A DNA stretch of 58,273 nucleotides, the filler included, from Candidatus Desantisbacteria bacterium CG1_02_49_89 (GTDB lineage: Bacteria; Desantisbacteria; UBA1551), in assembly GCA_001871075.1 (NCBI GenBank). It is 3 parts of 3 records of this genome, joined end to end, with 100 filler letters (N's around TTAATTAATTAA, not from the genome) between each part and the next. Parts side by side here need not be neighbours in the genome. Positions count along the whole stretch, not along the records: positions 37,716 to 58,273 come from MNUP01000049.1; 2 more parts are not named here. One strand, 5' to 3'. Below are positions 57,473 to 58,273 of the stretch, piece after piece. The position numbers were made by a program, and so were the translations under genes. The notes under the pieces were generated by a model that did not search any database, was not told the DNA's origin, and was given only the letters and a program-made list of their open reading frames with translations. Numbering within the stretch: the stretch's first letter is position 1; every line of letters begins with the position of its first letter.

Positions 57473-58273
57473 ATGCCAGTTTCGTTAACTTCTCAGGAAC
57501 TGAAGGATATAACAACTGATTCGTTCAGTCTTTACAAGAGAAATCTGCCCTTATTCTTTAAGATATCCATATTCTATTTAGTATCCTACACACCGCTTAT
57601 GTTTAGCAAAAATATGATTTAACCCCCCGCGGCTTGCCGCGGGGTAATTCAAAGCTTCATTAAATTCTCCAAAAATTCAAACGTTAGCTATATCTATTCC
57701 TGTTTTATTATCTGGTATTTCATTAATTTTATCATTACTTCTTAATCTTATGGTCACCGATACAGTATCAGGTATATATACAAACCGGAAAATCAGCTTA
57801 ATACATTCATACAATTATTCCATTAAGCATTTCTGGCCGTTTTTAGGGATAAATCTACTTATAGGTTTAATTGCTCTATGTATTTTTATCATATGGTTGA
57901 TAGTAGCTGGTTTTCTTTTTAAGGGTTTTTTTAGCAAAGTTGCATTTTGGTGGACCAGTATTTTAATTATTATTATAGCGATGATTATGATAAGGTTTAT
58001 TTTTGTCCCGGCGGTTTTTGTCATAGAAAATAATACGAGTAAATTAGCATTAAAGAGAAGTGCGGAATTAGCCAAAGGCGTAAAAACTAAAATAACTGCA
58101 ATAGAGATATATTTACTATATTTTATTGTTGGATATTTCCCTTATTTCTTTGTCCCAAAGGAAACCTGGAAAAATATAAGTCAAATTTATAATATTATAG
58201 TAAGTTCTGCGGGAACTCCATTTATCCAGGTCTTTTTTATAGTATTATATTATAAATTGATAACAAAAGAAAT
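57473..58273 (+). pseudogene. AT-rich multi-pass membrane protein gene interrupted by a palindromic insertion; runs off the window end
   Basis: MPVSLTSQ...KNMI* stops at 57622; after the GC hairpin a +1 frame (KASLNSPK...RFIFVPAVFVIENN...ALKRSAEL) stays open to the window end. Confidence 0.7.
57619..57652. mobile_element. Solo IS200/IS605-type terminal hairpin (31-34 bp)
   Basis: CCCCGCGGCTTGCCGCGGGG hairpin followed by TAATTCAA, GC-rich within an AT-rich ORF. Confidence 0.6.

Overview
The window joins three assembly contigs (1-26830, 26931-37615, 37716-58273) with N-padded TTAATTAATTAA linkers, so synteny across the gaps is not real. It is bacterial DNA; the gene style suggests an uncultured lineage, but taxonomy cannot be established here. 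Contigs 1 and 3 are mostly + strand carbohydrate-utilisation genes: two large paralogous GH-A-clan-like proteins, a sialate O-acetylesterase, a GH78 rhamnosidase, Gfo/Idh/MocA oxidoreductases, sugar isomerases, kinases, UroD-family proteins and galE. They also carry tRNA-Pro(GGG) with a downstream low-GC island (ABC-type ATPase + DUF4276-like + nuclease-like genes). Contig 2 is a minus-strand run of nucleotide-sugar/envelope genes, metK and ahcY. The most unusual signal is non-coding. Most spacers between non-overlapping genes are mosaics of 7-9-bp tandem-repeat 'arms' with fixed polarity: one orientation after stop codons, the reverse complement before start codons. Small 27-32-bp palindromic elements and GTAG/GTAAC REP-like hairpins are nested inside them. 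Empty and filled versions of the same sites are both visible, several genes are bracketed by 30-85-bp inverted arms, AT-rich accessory genes sit in the centres of these hubs, and the same repeats occur in frame inside at least four proteins. Three genes are split by single-base-short homopolymer frameshifts, and one is interrupted by an IS200/IS605-type end hairpin. All family assignments are from motif recognition by eye, not database searches.
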